A DNA stretch of 64,000 nt from Clostridia bacterium. Lineage in GTDB: Bacteria > Bacillota > Clostridia > Oscillospirales > CAG-272. The notes beneath the pieces are model-generated. The model made no database searches and was not told where the DNA came from. It was given only the letters and a program-made list of their open reading frames with translations. The stretch lies in the NCBI GenBank assembly GCA_017407835.1, contig JAFQVV010000006.1, positions 5,809-69,808 of the forward strand, in the 5' to 3' direction. Position numbers and translations under genes: made by a program. Positions 1 to 10,768 of the stretch are shown piece after piece (position 1 is the stretch's first letter; every line of letters starts with the position of its first letter).

Positions 1-139
1 GCATACGCCGCGACATCTCCTTCAGCTCGGACACAGTGCAAAGATCCTCGAAGAAGTTGTAGCAATCTTCCATGGAATCAAGCGTCAGGATGCCGCGAAA
101 CAAGTAGTCGATTTTTTCGTCTCGGATTTTACTTTTCAT
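1..139 (-). CDS. TrpR-like YerC/YecD family protein (partial, runs off window start)
   Basis: Manual translation MKSKIRDEKIDYLFRGILTLDSMEDCYNFFEDLCTVSELKEMSRR matches the YerC/YecD 'ECYxFFEDLCT' signature; AAAGGA RBS upstream. Confidence 0.85.
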   Translation of the reverse strand, partial: MKSKIRDEKIDYLFRGILTLDSMEDCYNFFEDLCTVSELKEMSRRM

Positions 140-255
140 GATAACTGCATTCCTTTCAATCATTTGGGAAAGTCAAATATCAGCATTTACCTGTACATAT
201 TGTACTCTATTTTTTCGCTCTTGTAAAGGGCTTTGGCGAAAATTGTCAAAAAACT

Positions 256-1665
256 TTACGCTTCCAGCGCAAGCAGATCATACAGACGATAAATGTCCCC
301 CGCCCCCATGATGATCACGACATCTCCCGCATAGACGTTTTCATTGAGCTCTTGTGCAATGGCAGCAAAATCCGCATAATAATCGGCCCTTTCCCCGATG
401 CGATCGGAAAGTTTGGCCGAGCTGACCTCGGTTGGATTGACTTCATCTCCCCGCGCGGTATAAATATCGGCAAACAAAATGCGGTCGGCATTCTCAAACG
501 CTGTCACGAAATCCTCAAACAGCTCGGCCGTTCGGGAGAAGGTATGGGGCTGGAAAACGCACCAAATGCGTTCATAGCCCATTTTTGCCAAGCCGTCAAG
601 AGTAGCCCGCACCTCAGTGGGATGATGACCGTAATCGTCAAAAACATCGGCACCGCGCAGATGGCCCTTGAACTCCATGCGGCGTTTGGCGCCGTGGAAA
701 GTCGAGAGCCCCTCGCCGATCAGCTCGGGCGAAATCCCGCAGCGGTGTGCGGCAGCCGCACAGGCCAGCGAGTTGAGAATATTATGCGCCCCCGGCACAG
801 CAAGGGCAACGTGACAGAGGAAAGTTCCGCGGAAGAGAATATCAAACTCGGGTTTTCCGCCGACATAGCGCACATTGGCAGCGGTATAATCGGATGACTT
901 GTTGGTCATACCGAAGGTGATCAGCTCACCGTTATAATATTCGAGTGCCGTACGCACATTGGCATCATCAAAATTGGCAATGGCACAGCCCCCCGGCCCC
1001 GTCTTGGCAGCAAATGCTGCGTAAGAGGTACGGATCTGTTCCAGGCTGGTAAAATAATCGGGGTGATCCATCTCGATGTTCAGGATCACGGCGATGGTCG
1101 GATAGAAATCGAGGAAGGAATCCATATATTCGCAAGCCTCAAAGAGGAAATGCTCCTCCCCACCGACATGGTATGCCCCCCCCATTTCCTCCAGCTCCGC
1201 CCCTGAGAGAACCGTCGGATTGGCGCCTGCCGCAAGGAAGGTGTGTGCACACATTGACGTACAGGTGCTTTTCCCATGCATACCCGAGATACCGACACGA
1301 TTCTGATAGGCTTCCATAATATAGCCCAGATAATCGGCACGGGAAATGCGCGGGATGCCCATCTCCTCCGCACGCACATAAAGCGGGTTATCGGGGGAAA
1401 TGGCAACCGTATACACAACAGCATCATATCCATCCAGCTGCTCGGGCTCAAGGGTATAGCAGATGGGAATTCCTTCCTCGGCCAGACGGCGAGTCAGTGC
1501 GGACTCACTGCGGTCATAACCGCCGACACCGAACCCGCGGACATGTGTGATATGCGCAAGCGATGACATATGAATACCGCCGACGCCGATGAAATATATT
1601 TTCTTGACAGGGGATAGCATTCGCGCGATCTCAGCCGCGCCGAAATGTGTATTGGGTGTTGACAT
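256..1665 (-). CDS. murC: UDP-N-acetylmuramate--L-alanine ligase
   Basis: GVGGIHMS, GMHGKST P-loop, FEACEY, DDYGHHPTE and FQPHTFSRT motifs; start moved to ATG at 1665 behind AAGGAAG. Confidence 0.95.
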   Translation of the reverse strand: MSTPNTHFGAAEIARMLSPVKKIYFIGVGGIHMSSLAHITHVRGFGVGGYDRSESALTRRLAEEGIPICYTLEPEQLDGYDAVVYTVAISPDNPLYVRAEEMGIPRISRADYLGYIMEAYQNRVGISGMHGKSTCTSMCAHTFLAAGANPTVLSGAELEEMGGAYHVGGEEHFLFEACEYMDSFLDFYPTIAVILNIEMDHPDYFTSLEQIRTSYAAFAAKTGPGGCAIANFDDANVRTALEYYNGELITFGMTNKSSDYTAANVRYVGGKPEFDILFRGTFLCHVALAVPGAHNILNSLACAAAAHRCGISPELIGEGLSTFHGAKRRMEFKGHLRGADVFDDYGHHPTEVRATLDGLAKMGYERIWCVFQPHTFSRTAELFEDFVTAFENADRILFADIYTARGDEVNPTEVSSAKLSDRIGERADYYADFAAIAQELNENVYAGDVVIIMGAGDIYRLYDLLALEA

Positions 1666-1849
1666 GAACATACTTCCTTTGGATCGAATTTTAATGGCTT
1701 TGCCGCAAAATGACAAAAAAAAGACGAATTACGGAAAAAGATTGACATTTGGTTCATAAAAATCTCGATTTTCCGCTGTATAATCTTCACAAAGATATTA
1801 TATACTATATTCCGATAAGGTGCAAATTATCAACAATGGAGGAAAGAAA

Positions 1850-2161
1850 ATGATTATCACAGATGTAAAAGTCAGAAAACTGTTTGACGAAGGACCGATG
1901 AAAGCGATTGTCTCTGTTACCTTCGACGGTCAGCTGGCGGTACATGACATCAAAATCATCAATGCGCGTGACAAATTCTTCATCGTGATGCCCAGCCGCA
2001 AAAACCCCGACGATACCTATCGAGACATCGTGCACCCCATCAATGCTCCCTTCCGCAGCGAGTTGGAGGCAGCCGTAATCAGCGCATATGAAACCGCGCT
2101 GGAGGAAGCAGCCGCAGCGGCCGAAATTGAACCCGAGGCCGAAGCCGTCGAGCTTCTCTGA
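1850..2161 (+). CDS. spoVG: Septation regulator SpoVG
   Basis: MIITDVKVRK...MKAIVSVTFD...VHDIKII...MPSRK...DIVHPIN signature; GGAGGA RBS. Confidence 0.95.
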   Translation: MIITDVKVRKLFDEGPMKAIVSVTFDGQLAVHDIKIINARDKFFIVMPSRKNPDDTYRDIVHPINAPFRSELEAAVISAYETALEEAAAAAEIEPEAEAVELL

Positions 2162-2251
2162 CAAACACAGCAGTTCGCCGGCAGAGCGGACACCACCTGC
2201 TCTGCCCGCACGACTGCCCTCTCTCCCCCAAAGGGGAGTTTTTTTATTGCT

Positions 2252-2749
2252 TTACAGCCTGCCGTGGGAGAGCAGGATGCCGTTTTCGCGAATGGTAATC
2301 AGACCAAACTCCCGGCTGTTAACCGATCCGGGGTTGAAGAGATACAGCGGTTTTTCCAATGTCCGCCCAAACATCTGCTCACCTGGGGGAATGTAGTAAG
2401 AAAACTGTTGATGCGTGTGCCCGAAGCAAACAATATCCGCCCCCGCTTCAAGCCCTGCGGCAGCCGCAGACATCACTCCCGATTTTACACTTCGCGTATG
2501 ACCGTGCATCGCCAGAATCCGCTTCCCACCAAAGATCTCGGTACATTCATCCGGAGCAGGATCGAGGTCAAAGAGGGTGAAGACATCGCAATTGCCCCGC
2601 ACACGCACAAGGGGGCAGTGTGTCGTTTCGGGCAGGTCGCGCAGACCGTCGCCCAAAAAGAATACCGCCGCAGCATCCCGATGCATCTCCATGATCTCCC
2701 GCACCAGGTCAGCACGGCCGTGGGAATCAGACAGGACAAGCAGCGTCAT
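2252..2749 (-). CDS. YfcE/MJ0936-family metallophosphoesterase
   Basis: SDSHG, GD, VRGNCD, HGH, FGHTH and NPGS motifs. Confidence 0.9.
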   Translation of the reverse strand: MTLLVLSDSHGRADLVREIMEMHRDAAAVFFLGDGLRDLPETTHCPLVRVRGNCDVFTLFDLDPAPDECTEIFGGKRILAMHGHTRSVKSGVMSAAAAGLEAGADIVCFGHTHQQFSYYIPPGEQMFGRTLEKPLYLFNPGSVNSREFGLITIRENGILLSHGRL

Positions 2750-3677
2750 TCCTGCTCTCCTCTCTCCACATCACGCCCCGGGGAAGCACAAGCCGAAGTG
2801 CACGGGGCAGAACCTTAACCGAAAGTCGATCGGCCGCAAACAGCTCTCCATCGACACAAATATTCTGCATCTGCGGGAACTGCAGCTCGAGTGTCTCGCA
2901 CTGGCTGTAATTGATCAGTCCCTGGGCAGCCTTCTTTTCCAAATATGTGCCGTCATGATAGCTTTTGACCAGCGACACAAAACGGGTTCGGCTGATATTC
3001 TCAACCATGCAGATATCCATTCTGCCGTCGTTGAGGCTGCTGCGCGGTGCCGCACGAAATCCTCCGCCGCAGAAAGCACCATTGGCGATGGCAATTAAAA
3101 GCAGGCGATGCTCTTGTGCCGCAGCCGCATCAATGGATGCGCGCAGACAAACACCGGGTTTGCGGGCCAACGTCATGGCAACACCGCTGATATACGCCAT
3201 CTTCTCCCCCATCCAGCGATTGCGGCGAAGGCGGGCCGCCTGCCCTGCCGCCTCACAGTCAAAGCCGATATTGAGCATATTCACGCACAGCCGCTCGCTG
3301 CACCGAAGCAAATCAATGCGCGTTTCGATGCCGTCAAGCTGGGCGAAGGGATCAAGGAACGCCGCCCGGTTGTCGAAGTTGCGCACAAAATCATTGCCCG
3401 TGCCGATCGGCATTACGCCGACAGAAGCGCAGGGAAATTCGACTGCCGCATTCACCACACCACTCAAGGTGCCATCCCCGCCGCAGGCAATGATGCGCAC
3501 CTCTCCCCCCGCCGAGCAGGAAGAACGAATCAACTGCTGAGCCTCCTCCATGGAAGCGGTGGAATAGAGTGCATAGTCTACATCATGTGCATCGCGCAAT
3601 ATCTGCAGTTTGGCAGAAAGCTCGGCATAATGATCTGCCGCACCCGCATGCGCATTCAAAACAAACAAATATTTCAC
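2727..3677 (-). CDS. Diacylglycerol kinase-family (YegS/BmrU) lipid kinase
   Basis: NAHAG, GGDGTL, PIGTGNDF, GFD, NGAFCGGG and VDGE motifs. Confidence 0.9.
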   Translation of the reverse strand: MKYLFVLNAHAGAADHYAELSAKLQILRDAHDVDYALYSTASMEEAQQLIRSSCSAGGEVRIIACGGDGTLSGVVNAAVEFPCASVGVMPIGTGNDFVRNFDNRAAFLDPFAQLDGIETRIDLLRCSERLCVNMLNIGFDCEAAGQAARLRRNRWMGEKMAYISGVAMTLARKPGVCLRASIDAAAAQEHRLLLIAIANGAFCGGGFRAAPRSSLNDGRMDICMVENISRTRFVSLVKSYHDGTYLEKKAAQGLINYSQCETLELQFPQMQNICVDGELFAADRLSVKVLPRALRLVLPRGVMWREESRNDAACPV

Positions 3678-3888
3678 AGCTTGCCCCTGCTCTCTTCATC
3701 ATATTCTGCCGCGGAAAAAGTTTTACAGATTATTATAGCACGCCAAGACAAAGTTGTCAAGAGAGCGACATTTTCCGCGGTCGGCGAAAATGGCAAATCT
3801 TCTTTAATTGCACAAGGCACTCTCTTGATTTATCTGCCGCTTCGTGATATAATGAGCTCATCAATTATCGATCAATCGGAGTTTTGTT

Positions 3889-5625
3889 GTGAAAAAACTG
3901 CTGACTTTTCTGCGTGCATATCGCCGTGAATGTGTGCTTGCACCTCTGTTTAAAATGTTGGAAGCCATCTTTGAGCTTTTTGTTCCTCTGGTTGTCGCCG
4001 CAATCATCGATCGCGGCATTTCCGGGCGGGAGACGGCGGTCATTTACCGCATGGGTATCCTCCTCGCTGCGCTGGGCTTGATTGGACTGCTCTGCTCGGT
4101 GACAGCCCAGTTTTTCGCTGCGCGGGCGGCGGTTGGCTGTGCGGCCGATCTGCGCCGTTCGCTGTTTGCGCATATTCAATCTCTCTCCTACACTGCACTT
4201 GACCGCGTCGGCACATCCACGCTCATCACCCGCATGACAGCCGATGTCAACCAGGTGCAGTCGGGAATCAATCTTGTGCTGCGTCTCTTTTTGCGCTCTC
4301 CCTTCATCGTGTTCGGCGCAATGCTCATGGCCTTTACCGTTGATGTGCCCTCTGCATGCATCTTTGCGCTGGCAATCCCCGTCCTCTCGATTATTGTTTT
4401 CGGCATCATGTGCTGGAGCATTCCCCGCTTCGGTGAAATCCGCAAGCGGCTGGACGGCGTGCTGGGCATTACGCGAGAAAACCTGGCAGGTGTGCGTGTC
4501 ATCCGCGCCTTTGGCCGAGAAGAGGCGGAACAGCGCGACTTTGATGTACGCAATGAGGTATTGACCGCACTGCAGCTGCGGGTGGGGCGCATCTCAGCGC
4601 TGATGAATCCGCTGACCTATGTGGTCATCAACCTTGCAGTCATCGCGCTGATTCACACGGGGGCAGTTCGTGTGAATGAGGGCCTGCTCACAGCGGGTGA
4701 GGTCGTTGCACTCTACAATTATATGAGCCAAATTCTTGTCGAGTTGATTAAGCTCGCCAATCTGATCATCACCATCAACAAATCGCTTGCCTGCACCGAC
4801 CGCATCAATCAGGTCTTCGCCATCCCTGCCGATATGACCGCCGAGGCATCGGCGCCAAGTACAGATATGCCGGGCAGTGACTATGCGGTGGAATTCCGCC
4901 ATGTCTCCTTCACCTATGCAGGCAGTGCCGAGCCGTCGCTGAGCAATCTCACCCTGCGCGTCAAACGGGGCGAGACTGTGGGCATCATCGGCGGCACGGG
5001 AGCAGGCAAAAGTACACTTTGTCAGCTGATCCCCCGCTTCTATGATGCAACCGAGGGCAGCGTGCTGGTCAACGGAACCGATGTTCGCAGCTGCGCCACC
5101 GACGAACTCCGCCGAAAAATCGCCGTTGTCCCCCAGACGGCCACCCTTTTTGCGGGTACGGTCAGGGACAATTTGCTCTGGGGGCAGCGGGACGGCGTTC
5201 CCGCCGATGATGCTGCACTGATGGCGGCACTTGAGACGGCACAGGCAAAGAACATCATCGAAGAAAAAGGCGGGCTTGACGCGCCCATTGCTCAGCACGG
5301 ACGCAACCTCTCGGGCGGTCAGCGGCAGCGATTGACCATCGCCCGCGCACTGGTCGGACGGCCTGAGATTCTCATTCTCGACGATAGTGCATCTGCGCTC
5401 GACTATGCCACCGATGCCGCTCTGCGGCAGGCACTGCGCAGGCTGCCCGATCAAACTACCGTCTTTATCGTCTCCCAGCGGGCAGCCTCTCTCTGCCACG
5501 CCGATCAGATTGTCGTGCTCGATGACGGCGAAGTGGTGGGCATCGGCACGCACGATCAACTGCTGGCCGACTGCTCCGTCTATGCCGAAATCTACTATTC
5601 GCAGTTTGAGAAGGAGGAGGCGTAA
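3889..5625 (+). CDS. ABC exporter, fused permease/ATPase subunit 1 (heterodimeric multidrug type)
   Basis: Multiple TM helices, Walker A GGTGAGKST, LSGGQ, degenerate Walker B ILDD. Confidence 0.92.
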   Translation: MKKLLTFLRAYRRECVLAPLFKMLEAIFELFVPLVVAAIIDRGISGRETAVIYRMGILLAALGLIGLLCSVTAQFFAARAAVGCAADLRRSLFAHIQSLSYTALDRVGTSTLITRMTADVNQVQSGINLVLRLFLRSPFIVFGAMLMAFTVDVPSACIFALAIPVLSIIVFGIMCWSIPRFGEIRKRLDGVLGITRENLAGVRVIRAFGREEAEQRDFDVRNEVLTALQLRVGRISALMNPLTYVVINLAVIALIHTGAVRVNEGLLTAGEVVALYNYMSQILVELIKLANLIITINKSLACTDRINQVFAIPADMTAEASAPSTDMPGSDYAVEFRHVSFTYAGSAEPSLSNLTLRVKRGETVGIIGGTGAGKSTLCQLIPRFYDATEGSVLVNGTDVRSCATDELRRKIAVVPQTATLFAGTVRDNLLWGQRDGVPADDAALMAALETAQAKNIIEEKGGLDAPIAQHGRNLSGGQRQRLTIARALVGRPEILILDDSASALDYATDAALRQALRRLPDQTTVFIVSQRAASLCHADQIVVLDDGEVVGIGTHDQLLADCSVYAEIYYSQFEKEEA

Positions 5626-5626
5626 A

Positions 5627-7369
5627 ATGAAAAAAGTCAACCTTTCCGCGCTGCCCTCCATCTTATCACGGCTGCGCAAATATACCCCCATGATCCTGCT
5701 CTCACTTTGCCTTGCCATGGTGCAGGTTGCAGCCACACTTTATGTGCCCATCCTCGTGGGTGAGGCGATTGACAATATTACGGCAGCGGGGCAGGTAAAC
5801 TTCCCTGCCATTCTCGAGCGACTGATCCGAATTGCACTCTTCACCGGGGCCGCCGCCTTCGCACAATGGCTGATGAACCTCTGCAACAACCGCGTCACCT
5901 ACCGCGTTGTGCAGGATCTGCGCCGCGATGCCTTCCGCCGTATACAAATTCTCCCTCTCTCCTATCTTGACCGCCACCCCATAGGGGATCTTGTCAGCCG
6001 CGTGATTGCCGATGCCGATCAGTTTGCTGACGGCCTGCTGATGGGATTTACTCAACTTTTCACGGGTATCATCACCATTGCCGGCACCATCGGGTTTATG
6101 CTCTCGATCAACCTCAGCATTACCGTCATTGTTGTACTCATCACTCCGCTGTCTCTCTTCGTTGCCGCCTTCATTGCCAAGCGGACGCACACATTCTTCC
6201 TCGCGCAGTCGGAAGCACGAGGGGAACAGACCGCGCTTATCGACGAAATGGTCGGCGGTCAAAAGGTTGTCCGCGCCTTCGGTATGGAAGAAGAGGTTCA
6301 GACTCGCTTCGATGCCGTCAACGAAAAGCTGCGCTGTGCCAGCCTTAAAGCTATTTTCTTCTCTTCGCTGACCAATCCCTGTACCCGCTTTGTCAACGCA
6401 ATGGTCTACGCCGCCGTGGGCATTGTCGGCGCATTTATCGCCATCGGCGGGGGACTGAGCGTGGGACAGCTCTCCTGCTTCCTCAGTTATGCCAACCAGT
6501 ATACCAAGCCCTTTAACGAAATCTCAGGGGTTGTCACCGAACTGCAGAACGCTCTGACCTGTGCAGAACGCGTGCTTGACTTGATTGAAGCCGAGCCGCA
6601 GCGCCCCGATGCGTCGGATGCATTGGTACTCACTCGCCCCGACGGGAATGTTGAACTGCAGAATGTCAGCTTCAGCTACACCTCCGATCGGCCGCTGATC
6701 GAGGGGCTCTCGGTCTCGGTGAAACCGGGGCAGCGGGTAGCCATTGTCGGCCCCACCGGCTGCGGCAAGACCACGCTGATTAACCTGCTGATGCGCTTTT
6801 ATGATGTGGATGACGGCAGCATCTCGGTGGACGGGCAGGATATCCGCTCGCTCACCCGAAGCTCGCTGCGACAGAGTTATGGCATGGTCCTGCAGGAGAC
6901 ATGGCTCAAATCGGGCACCATCCGCGACAATATCACCATGGGCCGCCCCGACGCCACCGATGAGGAAATCATCGCGGCGGCAAAGGCTTCGCACGCCCAC
7001 AGCTTCATTCGACGCTTGCCCGATGGATATGACACCGTCATCGGTGAGGACGGGGGCAGCCTCTCCCAGGGACAGAAGCAGCTGCTCTGCATCACCCGCG
7101 TCATGCTCTGCCTGCCCCCCATGCTCATCTTGGACGAAGCCACTTCCTCGATCGACACCCGCACCGAGCAGAAAATTCAGGCAGCATTTGCCACCCTCAC
7201 CGCAGGGCACACCTCTTTTATTGTCGCACATCGTCTCTCGACCATCCGAGAAGCCGACATCATCCTGGTGATGAAGGACGGACACATCATCGAACAGGGC
7301 AATCACACAGAACTTCTGGCAAAGGAGGGCTTCTACTACACCCTCTACCGCAGTCAGTTTGCGCAGTGA
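5627..7369 (+). CDS. ABC exporter, fused permease/ATPase subunit 2
   Basis: Walker A GPTGCGKTT, LSQGQ, ILDEATS; ATG at 5627 directly after partner stop. Confidence 0.92.
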   Translation: MKKVNLSALPSILSRLRKYTPMILLSLCLAMVQVAATLYVPILVGEAIDNITAAGQVNFPAILERLIRIALFTGAAAFAQWLMNLCNNRVTYRVVQDLRRDAFRRIQILPLSYLDRHPIGDLVSRVIADADQFADGLLMGFTQLFTGIITIAGTIGFMLSINLSITVIVVLITPLSLFVAAFIAKRTHTFFLAQSEARGEQTALIDEMVGGQKVVRAFGMEEEVQTRFDAVNEKLRCASLKAIFFSSLTNPCTRFVNAMVYAAVGIVGAFIAIGGGLSVGQLSCFLSYANQYTKPFNEISGVVTELQNALTCAERVLDLIEAEPQRPDASDALVLTRPDGNVELQNVSFSYTSDRPLIEGLSVSVKPGQRVAIVGPTGCGKTTLINLLMRFYDVDDGSISVDGQDIRSLTRSSLRQSYGMVLQETWLKSGTIRDNITMGRPDATDEEIIAAAKASHAHSFIRRLPDGYDTVIGEDGGSLSQGQKQLLCITRVMLCLPPMLILDEATSSIDTRTEQKIQAAFATLTAGHTSFIVAHRLSTIREADIILVMKDGHIIEQGNHTELLAKEGFYYTLYRSQFAQ

Positions 7370-7401
7370 GCAAAAATCCACACCCAAAAGGAGGATAACA
7401 T

Positions 7402-7887
7402 ATGAAACGGTACTTGCTCTGCATCCTCATTTATTGCTGTATCCTGTTTTTCCCCGCCTGCGGCGACACCGCAGACGTTCAGCCCCCCGCACCTATGCAA
7501 ACAGAGGAAACCACCGACACGGCCAACGAAAATACCATCCCCGAAGGCCGCACCTATGTCTACGAGGGGGAAGGCTGCGGCGGTGCCTTCAACATCACGC
7601 TCTTTGAGAATGGAAGTTTCTCCTACTATGAGGGTATGTTCAGCAGTCATATCGGCTTCGGCACATGGTCCATCGACAGCGACATTCTCACCCTCAGCGA
7701 GGACGAGGGAACCGGCCACGGCGGCGATTTCCGCTTTCTTTTGCAGGAAGATGAACTGCACTATCTTGCCGAAGGCTCGCAGAACTTTCTCTATGTGCGC
7801 CTGGAAAACGGTGCCGTATTCCGACATCTTGATCCCACACAGGCAGAGGAGGGAGATATCGGGCTGATCATGTACGTTTCCCCTTGA
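7402..7887 (+). CDS. Hypothetical lipoprotein
   Basis: AGGAGG RBS; signal peptide ending FFPAC; acidic linker followed by beta-rich domain. Confidence 0.7.
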   Translation: MKRYLLCILIYCCILFFPACGDTADVQPPAPMQTEETTDTANENTIPEGRTYVYEGEGCGGAFNITLFENGSFSYYEGMFSSHIGFGTWSIDSDILTLSEDEGTGHGGDFRFLLQEDELHYLAEGSQNFLYVRLENGAVFRHLDPTQAEEGDIGLIMYVSP

Positions 7888-7912
7888 CATTGCCCCGCAA
7901 AAAGGGTATAAT
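7884..7912 (+). promoter_or_regulatory. Sigma-A promoter of rnpB
   Basis: TTGACA-17 bp-TATAAT. Confidence 0.85.
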
Positions 7913-7919
7913 ATACCCG

Positions 7920-8283
7920 ATACTCCGCTGAACAATCGCGTGGCGTCAGGCCGAAAGGCAGCGCCATGAGGAAAGTCCGGGCTTCACAGGGCAGGATAGC
8001 TGATAACGTCAGCCGAAGGCGACTTCAGGGAAAGTGCAACAGAAATAGACCGCCTGCCTCTGGCAGGCAAGGATGGAAAGGCGAGGTAAGAGCTCACCGG
8101 CACGACAGGCGACTGTGTGCAAATGTAAACCCTATCCGAAGCAACACCGCAGTCGGAGGCTTGCCCGGCACATCTCCGCAGGTGGCATGCGGCGACCGAG
8201 AGGAAACCGCGGAGCGGTATGGTGACATACCGCACAGATAGATGATTGTTCTCGACAGAACCCGGCTTACAGGCGAAGTATCA
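7920..8283 (+). ncRNA. rnpB: RNase P RNA
   Basis: Conserved GAGGAAAGTCCGGGC, AGTGCAACAGAAA and ACAGAACCCGGCTTA elements; ends approximate. Confidence 0.95.
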
Positions 8284-8294
8284 CCAAAATCATA

Positions 8295-8326
8295 GGGGAT
8301 TGCCCGGTGCAATCCCCCGTTTTGTT
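8295..8326 (+). terminator. Intrinsic terminator after rnpB
   Basis: GGGGATTGC/GCAATCCCC stem followed by T-rich tail. Confidence 0.75.
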
Positions 8327-8384
8327 TGCAAAATAAAGGAGCCGTGGCAGTTGCCACAGCTCCTTTTGTTTGGTATAACAATGA

Positions 8385-9503
8385 TCAATAATAGTAATTC
8401 GCCGTCACCGATTTAAGTGAATAAAGGTCGGCGATCTCGTCATTGACCACAACATCCGCCATATAGGGCTCCAGCACGCGGGTGAAGGATTCGACAGTCA
8501 GGTTCGATTCGAAATCGGTGAAGAAATCTGCCGACGCGGTCGATGCGTAGGCCTGCGGCTCAAGCTCCAGACGCATAATAATGTGATAGCCCAAGTCGCT
8601 CTGGACATAATCCCATTCCCCGATCTCCAGGTCGAAGGTCATGTCGACAACTTCTTCAACATAGTTGGAAGTTGCGGTCAGATAATAGCCATTGGGGTAA
8701 ATCCCGGTTGCGCTGTCCTCGGTATAAAGCGCCAGCATTTCCTCAAAATCCGCCCCCTCCTCGAGCTGTTTGACCACCTCCGCAGCCTTCTCTCGCTGTG
8801 CGGAAAGCTCCTCGGCAGTAAACTCGGTGGTCATCACATTTCCGTCCTCGTCATACTGGTAATCTCCGTTCTCGTCATAAACATACTTCGCGGAAGTATT
8901 GACGAAAATATGCTTGATACGAGCATAATTATTCGCATAATACTCATCCTTGACCGCATCGGTCAACGCCTCCGGACCATCCTCAGCAAAAAGATATGTC
9001 TGCAGCTGCTTGACCTTGGCTTCAATGATATAGATTTCCTTGAGCATATCATAATTGACAGCAAAGTTGGCAAGCTCGGCATTCATCGCGGTCTTGCCGC
9101 CGGCCGCATCGACAAGCTCGGCAAGATCATCTTCAATCGTCTGCATATCCGCATCGGACAGCTTCAGCTTGTACTCATCATAGAGATAAAGCGCAGCAGC
9201 ATAGGTGCGGGCATTCTCCTTGACATAGCCCGTGAAGGTTTCATTGAGTGTCGCCCCGGTTTCGTCAATGGGAGTATCCCATATTTCCGCACTTTCCTCG
9301 TTGTTCATATAATAATATACGAAAAACGCCTTATACCGGGAGAGCCAGAAAGCATACATATTCTCGGTGATTTTATGTCCGTTCAGCTCCATCACCACAT
9401 TGCCCGAGGGTGCACAGGCGCTGAGCATGCCAAGAAAAATCACCAACGCCAGAACGATGCAGATCAATCGATTCATTTGTTTCGTCATCACGATGTACCT
9501 CAA
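8385..9503 (-). CDS. PrsA-like parvulin peptidyl-prolyl isomerase lipoprotein
   Basis: Lipobox LSAC; ARIKHIFV, YTED and SDLGYHII parvulin motifs; start may be the downstream ATG (MTKQM). Confidence 0.8.
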   Translation of the reverse strand: MRYIVMTKQMNRLICIVLALVIFLGMLSACAPSGNVVMELNGHKITENMYAFWLSRYKAFFVYYYMNNEESAEIWDTPIDETGATLNETFTGYVKENARTYAAALYLYDEYKLKLSDADMQTIEDDLAELVDAAGGKTAMNAELANFAVNYDMLKEIYIIEAKVKQLQTYLFAEDGPEALTDAVKDEYYANNYARIKHIFVNTSAKYVYDENGDYQYDEDGNVMTTEFTAEELSAQREKAAEVVKQLEEGADFEEMLALYTEDSATGIYPNGYYLTATSNYVEEVVDMTFDLEIGEWDYVQSDLGYHIIMRLELEPQAYASTASADFFTDFESNLTVESFTRVLEPYMADVVVNDEIADLYSLKSVTANYYY

Positions 9504-9689
9504 TCGAAAATTCGGTCAACATAACCGTTATTTTTATTATTTTACCGCGTTTGGGGGAACGTGTCAAGACAATGGCAAGAGTGTTTACAAATTTGTCGTA
9601 TTCGCTCATTTACACGCCGCTTTCATGCGTCACTTTTTCGGTACTGCTTGCATATCCTGCTGTTGAAGACAAAATTCATCGAGAGGAAG

Positions 9690-9938
9690 ATGTATATGCA
9701 GCTTGATCGCAAATCGGTAGAACGCATGCTCCGCATGGATGACAACAGTCTCCGTCAGCTGATCAATCGTCTGGCACACGATGCGGGGATAGACCTGAAT
9801 GCCCTCAACATCAGCACCGCCGATCTGGGCGAAGTTCGCCGTGCATTCGGGACAGCTTCGGATGCCGAACTGAACGCACTTGCCGCCCAAATTGAGGCAC
9901 AGCGCAAAGGCGGAGGGAGAGATGGACGTGGACAGTGA
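9690..9938 (+). CDS. Small hypothetical protein, probably sporulation-associated
   Basis: GAGGA RBS; first of three closely spaced ORFs; upstream TCACTTT-14 bp-CATATCCT resembles a sigE/sigK promoter. Confidence 0.6.
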   Translation: MYMQLDRKSVERMLRMDDNSLRQLINRLAHDAGIDLNALNISTADLGEVRRAFGTASDAELNALAAQIEAQRKGGGRDGRGQ

Positions 9939-10380
9939 ACGCACGCCCGATCTGTCGGCAATGCTCGGCAGTCTCCTGCGCGATCCTTCCGTCATGGCAC
10001 AGGTGCAGCAGGCGCTCTCTTCGGTCACCGAAGCCGACAGCACGCCGCAAGTCGATGCGGAAGAATCTCACGAGCCAACCATCGCATCGGAGCATACGCT
10101 GCCGCCGGCACCGACACTGCCGCCCGAACTCGGAGCGCTTCTGCAGAACGGTGCACTGATGTCGCAGCTTCCCGCCATGCTCGGGATGCTTTCCTCGGCA
10201 ACGGGGAAACCGACACAGAGCGGCGGCGGTGGCAGCGGGGGCGGAAAATCCGGCGATCATCGCACCGCACTTTTGCTTGCGCTCAAACCTTATCTGAGCA
10301 GCGGCCGCTGCCAGATGATCGATTCTATTGTTAATCTCAACCGCTTGGGCGACCTGCTCGGCAAGCGGCCGAACCATTGA
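9922..10380 (+). CDS. Hypothetical protein with C-terminal 'ALLLALKPYLS' motif
   Basis: GGAGGGAG RBS; motif recalled from clostridial hypothetical proteins. Confidence 0.65.
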   Translation: MDVDSERTPDLSAMLGSLLRDPSVMAQVQQALSSVTEADSTPQVDAEESHEPTIASEHTLPPAPTLPPELGALLQNGALMSQLPAMLGMLSSATGKPTQSGGGGSGGGKSGDHRTALLLALKPYLSSGRCQMIDSIVNLNRLGDLLGKRPNH

Positions 10381-10393
10381 AGGAGGGGGCGAA

Positions 10394-10768
10394 ATGTACA
10401 GCCGTAGTCAAGCCGCACGCACGGGGGAAGAAACCCTGCGCGTACCCGAGCATTACAGCGGGGTTGCCTTTGATCGCAATCCCGTTCCGCGGCAGCGGGA
10501 ATACTGCGCCGAGGGACTTCCGCCAAGGGAAACACCGCCACCGCCGCCGATGCCCAACATTCCCTCACCATCTTTCCCGCCCCAGCCGCACGAATCTGAG
10601 AGCGCACCGCCTCCCATTGAGAGAAAATCCGAGAGCGGTGAGGGCGTGCTCGGTTCAATCGGCCGCGAGGAACTTCTTCTGCTCGGCATCATCTACATCC
10701 TTGCACAGCGGCAAGGAGAAGACGACACCATTCTCCTGCTGCTTCTGCTGCTTCTTCGTCACGAATAA
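10394..10768 (+). CDS. Pro-rich hypothetical protein with hydrophobic C-terminus
   Basis: AAGGAGG RBS; EELLLLGIIYIL...DDTILLLLLLLL tail. Confidence 0.65.
   Translation: MYSRSQAARTGEETLRVPEHYSGVAFDRNPVPRQREYCAEGLPPRETPPPPPMPNIPSPSFPPQPHESESAPPPIERKSESGEGVLGSIGREELLLLGIIYILAQRQGEDDTILLLLLLLLRHE

Noticed and set aside
7966-8381. Short ORFs on both strands
   Set aside because: They overlap the RNase P RNA gene.
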